Notes: a model not told the origin generated them from the letters alone. Positions 26,281 through 41,245 are shown, counted from the first letter of the stretch. The stretch is DNA of 64,000 nt from Eledone cirrhosa (GCA_964016885.1 OZ024742.1:111538001-111602000); one strand, 5' to 3'. Numbers and translations are program-made.

Positions 26281-26335
26281 ATTTAAGTAACAGCCGTACC
26301 AAGAGTGAGAAATGAAATTTCGTTTCATTTTTTCC

Positions 26336-26367
<32 letters not shown>

Positions 26368-26369
<2 letters not shown>

Positions 26370-27090
26370 AAGAGTTAAACAAAATGCAATGAGTATATCA
26401 AAGAATGAATTTTACAGTAGATTGGAAGCACTCTACGTGAAAATATTTTTCTGGAGTTATTAATATTAGAATATAAATATTAATAAAATAGATGTTCTTT
26501 TTATCAATTACATTTTATTATACATATTTCGGATGTACAACAGTACGTCCTCATCAGACTAAATATAATGATACATGACATACCCTGAGATGTTAAATGG
26601 TTAAGATTTAATCAAGGTAATAACCCCAACTTATAAAAAACAACTAAAATCTTGATTCTTCAACCTAAGATAACAAGATAACATAAATTAAATATTTTCA
26701 AACTTAATCGTTTAACTTTCGGAAAAAAATCTCCTTCTGCAAACATTACCCCCCTCATCTTTCCCTCTCTCTCACTGACTGTTATAATTCATGAAATGCT
26801 TTCCTAGATAAATTGTAGTATTATACATATTAAAATCTCGATAACTGGTACATTAAGCAACGTTTTTCTTACTCACGCATTCTCTATAGGATTTATTACG
26901 TTTTCGCATTTTCTCTTTATTAGGGTTAAATTTTCTCTTGAGTTAATCACTACCTTGATTAAATCTTACCCATGTAACATCTCAGGGTATGTCATGTATT
27001 TTGTCTGATGAGGACGTACTGTTGTACATCCGAAATATGTATAGCAAAATGTAATTGATCAAAAGAACATCTATTTTATTAATATTTACA

Positions 27091-27099
<9 letters not shown>
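26368..27099 (-). mobile_element. Non-coding fold-back element with a hammerhead in each arm (26510-26566 minus; 26996-27052 plus)
   Basis: Arms 26463-26620 / 26945-27099; attttgt-CTGATGA-ggacgtac(tgtt)gtacatcc-GAAA-tatgtat-a-gcaaaat; (TA)n on both sides. Confidence 0.85.
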
Positions 27100-27189
<90 letters not shown>

Positions 27190-27199
27190 GTATATATAT

Positions 27200-27612
27200 A
27201 TATTACAAAGAATAAGGAGGGTTTGGTAAGATACCGGGTGGACCATAACGCAGCAGTGTACTCGATACAAAGGGTACTATGTTGTGTAATGTGAAAAGAG
27301 CCAGTACTCCGACGGTTGAGATCCGGCCGTTCCGACAGCTAGATCCAAACTATCCCTGGATTGTCAGTATAGATAGAAGGTCGGACGCCATGTCTTGACG
27401 CATAGAGTTACAGCCCTTGCCATTCTGATTTCAAATCCCGCCGAGGTTACCTTTGCATTTCATCCTTACGGGGTCGATAAAATAAAGTACCAGTCATGTA
27501 CTGGGTAATGGCTGGCCTTGTGACCAAAGTAGAAACAATTATTTGAATACTGGTGACTTAGTCCCTATCTAGCTGTTGAAACGGCCGGAGCTCAGCCATC
27601 GGGGTCCTGACT

Positions 27613-27616
<4 letters not shown>
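27200..27616 (-). mobile_element. Short (TA)n-flanked fold-back repeat (related copies at 32543-32720 and 35785-35925) interrupted by a SINE at 27361-27543
   Basis: Inverted repeat 27295-27345 / 27567-27616. Shared ggtaag.acc.g.tggacca.aacgca...gtactc motif in three places. Confidence 0.65.
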
Positions 27617-27691
<75 letters not shown>

Positions 27692-28221
27692 CACGTTTGT
27701 ATATGTATAATAAAGCCAAAACAATGCAGGTATGGACATAGAATACAGAATGCAAATGCAAAAGATATTGTTGACAATTAGTCTTTTACCTTAGATTTAT
27801 TTAAATGTCCTTAATTTTCGAGGTAATATCTCTTCTTCGGAGGGAAGTAAAGCGGTTAAACCAGTGTTCTAAATAGCTTGCCAAGTTGTGGTATAGAGTA
27901 TCTGTTCTATCTCTAATGTCAAAGAGTTAAGGTTAGGTGGATAAAGAGTAGTCTCCCTTTAAAAGCTTTTTTTTGTACATGCCTGTTTAAGTGTGTGAGA
28001 GAATGTGTGAGGTGTAAGTATGTGTGTGTGTGTGTGTGTGAGTGTGAGTAGATATGTCTATACGTAAATGTAGGGGATAGATGTTATCTCGTGTTAGAAC
28101 TGGTATTTGTGTGTGTATGTGTGTGTGTGAGAGAGAATAAGTGGAGCTGTAAGCGTATGTGTGTGTGTATGTGCATGTGTGTGGGAGAGGGGGGGATGTA
28201 AATATGGGGCTAGATGCTATA

Positions 28222-28590
28222 TCAAGTTATAAATTGGGTGATGAGTTCTAGTCTATTATTGATTGGTGCTTGTGTTTTGTCTATAATTAGTGCTTCCTTA
28301 ATTCTAAGATTGCCGAGGTTTCTTTCCTTAGTTTCTATCCTAACTGTTATGGTTTTGTCGGTGTTTTTGCATGTAACAAGGTGTTTCTTAAATGAGGAAG
28401 CGTTAGTATTGAGGTGTTCCTTTATTCTTATGTGGAGTGGTCTGGTGGTGCTACCTACGTAGAAGTTGCTGCATTTGTCGCACTATGGTCTGTATACGAC
28501 AGAAGACTGGTGACATAGATCTGTGTCGTTGATGGGGCAGTTGGCGAGCCTGCAGCGGTTGTCATGTCTGGTGGAGTGTCTTTTGGGCAT
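28222..28590 (-). pseudogene. GIY-YIG endonuclease of a second PLE lineage (CCHH type); element probably extends to (TA)n at ~27690
   Basis: CRLANCP..DLCHQSSVVYRP*CDKCSNFYVGSTTRPLHIRIKEH...H...IKEALII......INNR; missing from the ORF track because of an internal TAG. Confidence 0.85.
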
Positions 28591-29439
28591 ATATATAAAT
28601 ATATATATACCCCTCCGTCTTAGTACGTCTTATCAAGGAACACGTTAAGACCTGATCGTAAAATATATTGTCGTCTCCATTTCATGCTGGAAAAACTGGC
28701 GAATGGGTTTGTGACTTGTCCTAACCAGCGTGGGATGGACGAACAAAGATTTTGTATCCGGAGACCGCAACGAGGATGGGTAAGGGAGCAAACCGTGACA
28801 AATGGAATCTTGAACATCACAAACCTTAATGTAAACAGCAGAAACTAGAGGATAGATGCTACGGGATAGATACAATAGGTGTTTCCCCAACAAACGTTCC
28901 GTGGCTCTGATATTGTAGATTAGGATGGAGAATGGGATCTCTTCTATTCAGGTGCAGTGCCAGAAATGACTTATTAAACTTCCGTTGTAGCAATGGACTC
29001 TCTATAATAAATACATTCCAGCAAAGAGACATCCAAAACCTGTCCTCGATGGATGACCCTATCGAAAGCTTTCGATTAAAGTATTAGATGCGTTGAATGG
29101 CTTTCATCACTCGTCATGTCGAGCAGTACATGCCTTTTCTTCGACAAATGAGCATACATGTTTCATGTTGAAGATTGGTATAATGCAAATTTCGCTGAGA
29201 GAACGTCGGTTGCAATACCTTTTCTAAATGCCTCCTCTAGCTTCCTGACTACCTCGCGCTCTACTCTATTTCTAGAGCTACTCCTTTATTAAACATTATC
29301 GATACTACACTAATCATCCTCTTCTGAGCGAAGCATCATTAGTGGGCTGAAAATTAGGTCGTCAATGCTCGCTTAACTACCGTGGTTCCCCCATTATAAG
29401 CCACCCTCGAAAATAAGCCGTAGCAAAAATGAACAAGAA

Positions 29440-30190
29440 AAGAAAGAAATGGCCAGCTATAAAAATTGGCGCAATCAGCCATTATTGAACAGGATTGTAT
29501 CTTAATGTAAACCTAACTGAGCAGCGGGCGTATAAGAAGTCTGTGGAATGCGCGGAAGTGAAAGAATCGATAATGAAATTAACGAAAGGGGGAAGTGCGT
29601 GCAATTAAGTGAAAGAATCGATAATGAATTAACGAAAGGGGGAAGTGCGTGCAATAAATATTGTTTATGCAAATGAGGGTACAAACCGGAAGTAATGGCG
29701 TATCAGTAAATGGACTAAAAATGTGTCCAAATTGTGGTGTTAAAAATGGAATGATGAGTCAACTAGATTGTGCTATTTAAATGGACGGATTATGTTTCGA
29801 CTATTACCTGAACCACATCTTCTGTATCAGGACACTTTATTCAAAATATCAGGAAGTAGAATAACGCATTCCAAATGACATCATTTGGGGCAAATGTCTT
29901 CATAGAAGGTGGCTTTAGACCCACTTTCAAGATCCAAGGGCAAGTGTACCACAGAATTGGACCACTTAAGCCATCATCAGAAAAAGAACTAGTGATATTA
30001 AAATCCAATCACAGACAAGATTCGGAGACAAGGAACAACGAAACTAAGTATGAAATCGTATTGCTACTAAGAGATATGTTACACTAAAAGAAACAGCTAC
30101 ATTATAAGTTATAAATATTCCATAAAAAGAGCTCTGACTGAAGCATCATCATTTCCTTTAACTCAGGCAATGCCGTGTACTTCTGCTAAT
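29440..30190 (+). mobile_element. Internally deleted, decayed Helitron
   Basis: MTSFGA..FRPTFKIQGQVYHRIG (29875-29960) matches the RepHel N-terminus. A Zn-ribbon remnant lies near 29710-29790. The 3' end caggcaatgccgtgtacttctgctaa resembles the hairpin + CTRR terminus. Confidence 0.75.
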
Positions 30191-30795
30191 ATGTATGACA
30201 AATATGCATTCACATAGACTTTTCTCAATGATTAGGGAAAGAATATGTATACGGGTATAGAAGTATATAAAAGACCAGCTCTTTATTGCACAACATAGTA
30301 TGTAATTGAATTAGCTATATATATATAAGTATGTGTGTGTGTTCATATGTATATATACAAACACGCACGCACGCACACACACGCATACACACACACACGC
30401 ACCCCCCCCCACACACACACACACATATACACATATATACCCAAAACTTTCCAAAAATCGCTGACTCTTTCTGTTTCTTCCTTCCTCGCTTACCTCTATC
30501 TTTATATGTTAACTTTAATTTGTCATTCTATCTTCTGTTTAAGGACTATCGCCAGAAATGCTAAGACACTTTTCCTACTGTATCATGCGTTAAACTAATA
30601 TATCTTCATTTTCCTATATTGCTCATTTTGCTCTTTTCTGTTTATTTTTGCCTATATATATATGCATATCCGCATAACCCCCCCCCCACACACACACACC
30701 CTCCAACACCCAAATATACATATATATATATGGGTTCCTGATGATTTCTCCCGAATGAAACAGTTCTAGTCCTGTAGAAGTCATTTCTATTTTAA

Positions 30796-30840
<45 letters not shown>

Positions 30841-32394
30841 AAGATGGTACTACAATATGAGACGATGCAATTCATTGTACATCGGAAGACGATAAATTGC
30901 AGCATGTGTAAATTTTCAGATACAGAGGCGATTGCAAAAATGTAGACTAGAAGCAGATATAGAAGAATAATAACATTTATATCGGTACGTGTAATCGTTA
31001 TATGTAGATTTAGAGTAATACGTTAACCACTCGGATATTTCTCTTCTATTTAATACTGATGTTACAACAGAAAGATTCAATTCCACGTGAATTTTGCAGA
31101 TTTTACTAGATATAGGAATATCCTGCAATGTCTTATCGGGAACTTCAAATATATGCTTCCTTTGTAACTTGCTTTGTCTGTAGTATAATTTTTATATATC
31201 CTACGAAGGTTTCCGGGAAAATGTCGAACGTAGCTATGTCGGAAAACAATTATTAGTGATTTCCTTACATAATTATGTGTGATAAGAGGCAGCAGACATA
31301 ATATATCAATAAAATAAAAACTAATATGACATCGGTAAAATGGATCACGCGGAAATATAGTATATCCACTATGGAGATAATAGATTACGGAAATTATATT
31401 GAGAACTGACAAGGAATTACGGAAATATATTTACAGTCCATGTTATAATTAAGTATATTTGGTTATTATTATGTATAAATAGATATATATCCAAGCTAGA
31501 AATATGATTGTATAGATAATCGATTCTGTTACCTACAATATCCAAGTAGAAAACTAATTTGAAGCATCTACGCCGAATACTAATGTTTTATTCTTATTTT
31601 CTACACATTTCTAGACATTAATACCTAGGAATATAATTTAGAAATATTCTTGGTAATTTTTTTATACCCTTCAAATATACCTACACATTTATGTTTCTTG
31701 TTACTACTTAGTGGTGTGTGTATGTGTGAGAGTGAGTGTTTGTGTGTGTGTGTATGTGTGTGCAAGTAAAACATTTTCCTTATCAATTACCAGAAAACCT
31801 TAATTATATTAGAGAGTATATTTTCATTGGACTTAGATATAAGTCAAGAACTTCGAAAATGACGATTGCTGATGTTTTGAAGAAATATAATAAAACTGGT
31901 TCTAACAACGAAAACGATATTCACCAAAATTGAATGTATAAATATATGCATAAAAGATTACATCAGAAAATATTTCGTGTTTAATTTATTTTAAAATTGA
32001 TTTATGCTTCCCAATATAAATGTTAAATGAATATATATTATGAATCTGGTGTTCAAAGTGCTTCGAATTTATATATTTTTGAGATTCCTCTTTTTAGAAC
32101 TGCATCACAGTTCAGGATATCCTTTAGAAATGTTATTTTTTAAACTTGCTTTTATTATTCGTTCTTTCTTTATTTTACATTTCTCATAGAAAATGAGGTT
32201 TCATGAAAAGACGTCAAACATTGATAAAAATATGAACTTAATTTTAAATAAAGCTAAAGATTGGTTTATAGAAAGTCAATATTGAATGAAGATGAAAGTA
32301 ACGCCATAGGAATTTATGATAACAATATACATAATTTCGATAGAACGTAGATAGTGTGAAGTTGAATCACAACATTTTAAGACTGTAGACAACA

Positions 32395-32460
<66 letters not shown>

Positions 32461-33150
32461 TCCGTATAACAGTAAATGTGTATGCACAAACACCCCCATA
32501 TACACTTAACTCATACACACACACAAACACATGTATATATATAACAACGGAATTGTGGTAAGGAACCAGATGGACCACAACGCACCAGAGTACTCAATAC
32601 TTAGGGTAGCAGAGTGGGAAATAGGAAAAAGTATGACCCCGACGGCAGAGCTCAAGCCGTTTCGACGGCTATTTCTGAACTAAATTAGAATTTTTAGCCC
32701 GGTGAATAAATAGCCGAACATTTCAAGGGGGTACATCCTTATATGGGAAGATTGTAGTTGTCAAGAGGATTGGTTAAAATTTGTTGTAAACACAAATAAG
32801 TCTATCATGGCATTTGGTGGGAGGTAGGGGTGGCTGAACTTGCCTGTAGAACAATAGGGGAGTGGGTGGAGCGGTCAAGCGTTGAAAGTGATAAGTATAC
32901 AGCAGATTCTAAGGATAGTGCATGCAGTGGAGGAGGGAGGTTATAGAAAACGTAAATCGAATGAGAGTAGGAGTCAATAAAAGATAATATAAATAAATAA
33001 AAAAATATATAAAATTAGATAGTAAGAAAACAAGAAAAAATATCACAATGCTATCTTACAATTACAGGTTAATACGTTGAGAATAGAAAAAACTTGTAGA
33101 AATTGAGTAGTATCAATTTCCTGGACGTTACCCTTAACCTCGAAAATGTG

Positions 33151-33186
33151 TCTTAACGTTTCGAACATTTGTTCCTCATTAGAAGA
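33151..33186 (-). ncRNA. Degenerate hammerhead (core CTAATGA)
   Basis: tctt-CTAATGA-ggaaca(aa)tgttc-GAAA-cgt-t-aaga. Confidence 0.5.
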
Positions 33187-33290
33187 TGACATAAGAAATA
33201 AAAGATGGTATAGAAAGATAGAGATGGAATTTAGAGAAGAAAGCCGACGAGCGTATTCAGTAAGTCATTTATCAAGATACACACGCATAC

Positions 33291-33377
<87 letters not shown>

Positions 33378-33382
<5 letters not shown>

Positions 33383-33750
33383 ATTGTTTCTACCTTTGGC
33401 ACAAGGCCAGCAATTACCAAGTGTATTACTAGTACTTTATTTTATCGACCCAGTAAGGATGTAAGGCAAAGTTAACCTTGGCGGGATTTGAACTCAGAAT
33501 GGCAAGGGCCGTAACTCTATGCGTCAAAGCATGGCATTCGACCCTCTACCGATACTGTCAATCCACCGAATAATTGTTTCCAAGTTGGCACAAGGCCAGC
33601 AATTGCCCAGTGTATTACTGGTACTTTATTTTATCAACCCCATAAGGGTGAAAGGCAAAGTTAACCTCGGCGGGATTTGAACTCCGAATGGCAATGGCCG
33701 TAACTCTATGCGTCAAAGCATGGCGTCCGACCCTCTACTGATACTGCCAT
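33378..33750 (-). mobile_element. Head-to-tail SINE dimer (33378-33568, 33569-33750)
   Basis: Two consecutive copies of the SINE. Confidence 0.85.
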
Positions 33751-33754
33751 ATAC

Positions 33755-35726
33755 TACAAACAAATATAAACAGGAAAGGTCAGTAATTTATTACTTCCTT
33801 ATTACCAGTAAGAGAAATAGCTCAATGTAAGAACATCAGGTGTTTTACAGAGCAAGAATATAAATTATAAATTACACAAATATCAAAGTTATGTTCAAAT
33901 CGCTGACAATTGTTTCTTCCAAACTTTAGTTTGGAGTCATCGGAGCATTATCAATGTTTGTAGATATAATTAACCTCCTATTCAACTGAACAATCATATA
34001 GATACATATATATTGATGTTGTGAACAAAAGTTTAGTATTTACAGGGTGTAATGGATGCGACATATATTATACGAACATTTACAATAATTCAAATTAAAA
34101 TTAAAAGCAGAGAGTGGAATACATGCGACAGATAATGCAAGAGAATAGTTTAATAATTAAAGAGGCATTGAAAAAGAAGTACATATTCAAGCGTGTAGAG
34201 ATTGCACATGCGTTAGTCATATGTATGAGAAGGAAACAAGCAAAGTGTGATGCTGTGGGAGAAGAAAAGTCTTAGAGGTGAAGTATTAATGGTGGTGAGG
34301 AATTCAAATCTGACATTGTTATATACTAGCGGCTGGGTTTAAAGTTATGGAATGAGTGTCGGTAGTGGTGCTGGCATGAGGAAAACACCTCTGACTTTTT
34401 TAGGAGATTTAGTTTCGAAAAGATATAAGTACGGGTCACTAGAAGACAGAGGTTACATAATTTATGTTGACGTATATATGGTATATTCCTAGTTTTCAGA
34501 GAGTGTATGTAGCTAGATAGTGAAGTGGATTTGGCTAGATTGTGTTTTTTGAAAGAGTGGAGGTGCGAGTTGTATCTTGTCTTGAAGCAGTTCGAAGTAG
34601 AGCCAATATATGTTTTAGAAGAGTTGTTTGTGTTGACCATGCAAGAGTAAATGATGTCTTTGATTAAGAAATTATTACCTAATGGGCTAGTTCTATTTGA
34701 TCTACAGTTACATTTATTTTGGATGTTAGCTTGCCGGTTACTATGTTGTGTAGAAGTCTGGTAGCTACGGATAGCATTAAGGTAATGATGGTTGTCGTTC
34801 CTATTGTTATTGATTTCATTAGTGCTATTACCATTATTACTATTGCTACTAAGGTTTATAGGTATTATGTTGTTCTGTAAGTTTACCTCCAGCTGTGTGT
34901 AATTAGTTGGACATAATTATTAATCTTCCTTTTATTACTACTAGCTATAAAGTATCCGATGTTAGGTGTCGTAGAGTAAGAGATGTTAATGGTATTTTTA
35001 TAGCCTTAGGCAAGTTGGTAGAGACGTTTAGATTGAAAGGCGGATTAAAGAATGTATTAGTCATTCCTCTATGTTTGTTTTTTGTAATGAATGTCTTTTG
35101 AGGTATTTGTATTTATGTTTATAATATTATTGTGGTGTTTACTTTGGTGCGAGTTAAGTTTGATATTACCCTTCGTATTAAAGTAAGAGTGGCTAGTACT
35201 CTTATTATTTTCCCTCGTGGTCATATTGTGAGAAATAATGCAATAACTATGTGATTTTATAGGTAGGAATTCAATCCCATTTTTATGGCCTGATTTAGAT
35301 AATGCCTGATTATAGTATTGGGAATTATTGTTAAATATGATTTCGTTATATGATAGATTAGAGATTCTATTAGATATTCCTTTAGTGATTGAGTTTAATA
35401 TGGATTTAGTGGTTAGACTAAGTATCCACATAAATTAGTTTTTCGTTAGGTTTATGAAAGGGTGTATATATTTTAGTGTCTAGGTAAAGGGTTGTTAATT
35501 TGAATTATTGTAAATTCTCGTATAATATATGTCGCATCCATTACACCCTGTAAATACTAAACTGTTTTTCACAACATCAATATATATGTATCTATATGAT
35601 TGTTCAGTTGAATAGGAGGTTAATTATATGTACAAACATTGATAATGCTCTGATGACTCCAAACTAAAGTTTGGAAGAAACAATTGTCACCGATTAAATG
35701 ATTTGAACATATCTTTGATATTTGTG

Positions 35727-35730
<4 letters not shown>
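33755..35730 (-). mobile_element. 5'-truncated Hydra-like PLE with inverted 3'-end copy; coding remnant 34326-35490
   Basis: ISNRISNLS..YYNQAL..SG, FFNPPF, TYIGSTSNCFKTRYNSH, CNLCLL. Arms ~33870-34085 / 35510-35730 each carry a hammerhead (33898-33949 minus; 35644-35695 plus). Confidence 0.85.
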
Positions 35731-35788
<58 letters not shown>

Positions 35789-35926
35789 AAAGATTCAGGA
35801 CCTCGACGGCAGAGCTCTGCCGTGGGTTCCTGAACCTTTTTCTATTATCCACTCTACTACATAAAGTATCGAGTACTCTGTTGCGTTTTGGTCCACCTGG
35901 TTCCTTACGTCACTTCCTTCGTTATA

Positions 35927-36081
<155 letters not shown>

Positions 36082-36099
36082 CTGTGTATATATATATAA

Positions 36100-37790
36100 A
36101 TAAATTGAGAAAGATCTATTCAACTTCGTCAGGAGTATTAAATTCAAAAACCATTATAGACACAAGAATAATTTCCTCACAAAATTAGCAACAACTATAA
36201 AAAAAAATTAAAGATAGCCACCTCTTACATGTAATGTCTGACAAAACTAAAAATCTATACACCATGACTCCTGAAACTTACACATCTATCCTTTGTAAGG
36301 AACTTAATAAGAACTATAAAAAAAACTATACCCTCCAGTGTAAACGTACTTAACCGAAAAGCCCAGGCTTTGGTTAAGGACTTGCATCTGGATAGATTTA
36401 CCCACCGTTATGTACCAACAACCCCAAGGTTCTCTCTCAAGGATCATAAGCCAAACTTTATTGAGAACCCTTCTATTAGATTGATAAGCCCAACCACATC
36501 CGACCTGGGTCGTATCAGTAAGAACATCCTTAATAGGATCATCCCTGGGCTACGGGATGATATCACCTACAAGTTGTGGTCCAACACCGGCCAAATCATT
36601 AGATGGTTCTCCGATCTAAGGTCCAAGCAATATATGAGGTTCATCCAATTTGACATTGACAGCTATTACGTTTCAATAACCCCGCAACTGCTCAACAAAG
36701 CATAAACCCTAGCAAGAACCAACTCGGACATAACCAATAATGAGATTGACATCATACTCATGGCTAGGCAGACCATGATTGAATTCAACGGAGCACTCTG
36801 GACTAGAAAAGACAGAACAGATAACTTTGACATCACGATGGGCTCAAGTGACTCTGCGCAAATCACCGAATTAGTTGGAATTTACCTATTACATAACATC
36901 AGAGCCGAAATCCAACCTTTGCAAGGCGGAGTATACAGGGAAGACACCCTATTTGCAGTCCCCAATTGCACTAATCGGGGCATTGATTTGCTCAAAAACA
37001 ATTACATAGATTCTTTAAAAATAACGGTCTCTCTATCACCATCGAGCCGAACCATAAAGTAGTAAAATTCCTAGACGTCACCCTGGATCTTAACAATAAC
37101 CTATATTACCCTTACCATAAACCAGGTGAAATACTTACATATATTAGCCCACACTCTAACCACCCACGGGCAGTCATCAGAGCAGTAATCAATTCTATCT
37201 CATAGAGGATCTCCATGCTATCAGCAAATGAGGAGATATTTATAAATCATGCACCATATTATAATAAGGCTCTTTCTGAATCTGGTTATGAACAATCCAT
37301 TTACTACATACCTAAATGCCATAACACAGCAATTCACCATAATAAACTTAACACTAGAACTAGAAATACCTTAGCATATAGCCAGATTCGGTTAATTTTA
37401 GCAGTTACAGCACTTATACAGGGAACTTTAATGGTGGCAGCGGCCTGCGACCCCACTCCAAGTAGCAAACTAAAAATCAACCCTAGAATAGGAATGAGCA
37501 ATGGGATGACAAATAACACATGCCCAGGTAATAATAACCCTAGGAAGGCCCCTACCAACTCCACTAGAACCCTAGAAGGAATAGGCCTTGAAATATCACC
37601 TGGCGTATCCCCTCCCCCCCATTCTCATCTAATCTAGGCACTAATATCCCTAAACGCTTCTTCTCTATCCTATCTAAACACCCCCCCCAACCATACATAT
37701 TACAAAGTTTTTAATAAAAACAACATTAAAATCTCATTGTCACAACACCTAACCTAGCTAGCCACATCGCATTCAGTAACCATCATAAAC
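36100..37790 (+). pseudogene. Decayed Hydra-like PLE RT, lacking the endonuclease
   Basis: SDKTKNLY, PRFSLKDHKPNFIENPSIRLISP, FIQFDID, FDITMGSSDSAQ, GVYRED, FLDVTL; several stops and frameshifts. Confidence 0.88.
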
Positions 37791-39418
37791 TAAGACAGTA
37801 TATGGCAGACATAAAACGAGGTGGGTGTTATTTTTAAAGGAAAGTAAAGTGGGTGTTTGGAAAAGTTATTGTTTAGAGTAGATAAAAGTAGGGTTTGATA
37901 TATCTTCACAGCAATAGCTTTGGGGCTTTGGATCTTAAGCGATTCCCTTAGCACAGACATATACAGGTACACGCACCCACCCACACTTGTATACCTCTGG
38001 ATGCGTGTGTATGTCTATATACACAAGTGCATTCATACAAGAGATCATACACACATATACTCTTAAGCATACACTTGAACAATTTTCAAATGCAACCTGG
38101 AGTATTAGTTTTTCGTTGCGTTCACATAAGTGCGTACATTCATCTAATCCCAGTATATACACACAACGCACGGTTGCGGGCACGCATTCATGCGTATAGG
38201 GTTATCAGCTTAGGATAATCGCTCTTCTTGTGTGAGCCACCCCCCGGGGGGAGGGGTCATCAGGTTAAAAAAACGGTGGACAATCCACTCTGGGGACCAC
38301 AAACTATGGATGGGTGTTCTTGCCCATTGGTCATTGGTACGGGGTTTAGGGCACCTACATAGCATAGGCGGGGTTTATCCATATAGCTTGAGGAAAGTTC
38401 CCTTCCTTAGGTGTCCGCAGGCGCCGAATAAGTCTGTTTAATTTTAACTCGGGTGTCTCACTAAGACAGAGGTTGAAAATACCAGACCCACCTATGTCTG
38501 GGGGAACCTTTCTAACCACGGAGCAGACGAAAGAGAGAGTGCGGGGTCTTTTCAAGTTTGAGCTTCCAGATCAATTCAGAAAGGGCCGTACATTCCCTCT
38601 TTTCTATTCTGTTAAAGGAGTGGCGATGGTTATACCACCTATCTTTGAAGCGCGTCGCCGTGGATCCTAAGTAGTGGTGCTCCGATTTAGGGGGTTGTGA
38701 CCTTGCACCTGTAGACTAAGTTTTTCGTCATGCATTCATTACTAAGGGGGCATAGTGATGGGTCTCTGCAATTGCATGACTTTTTAAGCCCCTGCACATG
38801 TACCGCGGGGTTACCATCATGCGGGTTGGCTGGGTAGCCGCCGCATTCAGCGCAGGGTCATTGGGTTCCGCTGTGCTAGTTCGGCCTATCCTGGGCCTGG
38901 TGCGTCCCGCGTTTTGGTTCCGTTGGCTGGCTCCGGGCTTTACGGTGGTATTAGAAGCAGTGAGCCTCTTCCTATATATGTCGGCTGTGTGCTGGGCTAC
39001 GGAGCGTGTGTTTGAGTAGGAAAGTTTTACCGTGTGCCTGTTGAATATTTTATGGTACATGTGGGCCCTAGGGAAACATTTATCCAGTACTCTAAAGAAT
39101 GTTCTAGCCAGGCTCGTACGTAGACCCACCGAGTACGGGGGGTTATACCATCTGACCTTCCTGGTCCTAGTCTTGCGGGGTGGGGTTGTTGGGTGTCCAC
39201 CGTTGTCCATCGCGGGGTTGTGCACATGTGAGGTCGAGCTCGGTTGGTGTCACTCAGGTGTGCAGAGCCGTCACTATCATGAAGGTTATATGGGCCCACC
39301 GTGGGGCTATAAACCTGCGCGGTGCGGCCTCCCTGCTCAATGAGGGTTCGGCGGGTGGTGGGGACGGTGCAGGGGTGCCTATGCTCCGCAATACAGTGGT
39401 CTTCCGTGTTGTAGGTGT

Positions 39419-39420
<2 letters not shown>
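37790..39420 (-). mobile_element. 5'-truncated GC-rich Hydra-like PLE (linker + GIY-YIG + 3' UTR)
   Basis: RKVRWYNPPYS..HKIFNRHTVKLSYS, then LVYRCKV..YLGSTATRFKDRWYNH..TALSELIWKLK in shifted frames. Confidence 0.82.
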
Positions 39421-39462
<42 letters not shown>

Positions 39463-40763
39463 GATAAATCTACCAAGAGTTTACGGTAGTGTCCAATCCG
39501 TATGAAGGACTCAATGTATTCCGGATATCATGGAAAGAAGAGATGTAATGAAAATCCACTTTCGGTGAAAGATAAACGGTATACAGAGTCAAGATAAAAT
39601 ATTAAAGAAATAATGAATAAACAATTCCTTATATTAAACAAAAAAAGTTCATTATTTAACGATCGTTTCTAGGGTATATATGTGTTATAATTGGTATGCA
39701 TATTCAACAGATCTATGTACAAAATTATACAAAATTATACAAATTATCAAGATTAAATATACATACCTAACACATATATACGCCGTCTTCAGAAATAATG
39801 AAGTATATTTATTGATAATAACAACAATTCAAAATATCAGTTCAAAATTGACCAATGAAAACACAAAGGGTTAAAAGCAGTTCGGTGTGTGTATATATAC
39901 ATGTAAAATCCTTACACATATTTTACAATAATGTGTGTATAATTTGTATGCGCATACTAAAAAGATGGATGCAAACACAAAATTTCAAGGTTAATATCTC
40001 TGTAAGCTTAATGCGCTGATAAGATGCGTATTGATACTTATGGAGTCAAGCATATAAATATATTTTTTCATACTCACACATATCAGTATAATCACACATA
40101 CATGCGCGTATATGCATAAATATACACATAATCACGAACATACAAACACACACACTCCCCCACTCACATTTATATATGTGGATATAAAATCATAAGCACA
40201 TAGAAATTAAGTCACTCACATAAAACACTGGCACACACATTTCAAGATCAAGATACAGAAATTAGGTGGGAGGGGGGGGAAGGGTCAGTATTCAATTGTC
40301 TGAGCAGACTGCCTAATATAAATGTATCTATAAATTAAGAAAAATAAAAAAATAAAAACAATAAAATATAATAAATGTAATATAATGTACATACACATAC
40401 AGATACACATACACATACATACATGTACGCGCACATAGAGATATTTACGCATACACACATACACACATACATATACAGTCATACAACCACATACACTTAC
40501 ACGATCATACACATACACATATAAAAAGATATATATATACACACTCACACGCGCAACACATACACACATACACATATATATAAAAAATAGATAATAAAGA
40601 TATATATCCATATATATATATATACACACACACATATATATATATATATACGTATATATATATATATACATATATATACATATACATACACATACATCTA
40701 AATATACATACACATACATACACACATACATGTACATACATGTACATACATATACGCACCTCG

Positions 40764-40811
<48 letters not shown>

Positions 40812-41146
40812 TCACATAGACATAAAGATACATACACACACAACTTACATACACACGTATATATATATATATATAGATGTACCTTCATACATAGAATTAG
40901 ATATATAATCATACATACATATGCACCTACTTATACTCATATAAATAAATACATACGCTTCCATATATGTGTATATACATATAAAAAACAATACAACCTC
41001 ACCAAACTCAGACATACAAATGAAAATAATAATAAAAAGGCATATGTATATACATACACACACGCATTAATAGAGATATATATATATACACACACATACA
41101 TACACATACATACATACATACACCCACATATATATACACATACATA

Positions 41147-41179
<33 letters not shown>

Positions 41180-41209
41180 CTACACACACACATAGACTCA
41201 TATATATAT

Positions 41210-41245
<36 letters not shown>

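Noticed and set aside
27808-27845. Minus-strand CCGAAGA..GAAA motif in the 3' end of the 28.2-kb PLE
   Set aside because: Only 3-bp stems, too weak to call, although the position is plausible
28620-28893. Two overlapping minus-strand ORFs next to the Helitron remnant
   Set aside because: No recognisable motif; could not be assigned to a helicase or any family
30733-30775. CTGATGA...GAAAC motif
   Set aside because: Stem I cannot be paired; at best a decayed hammerhead
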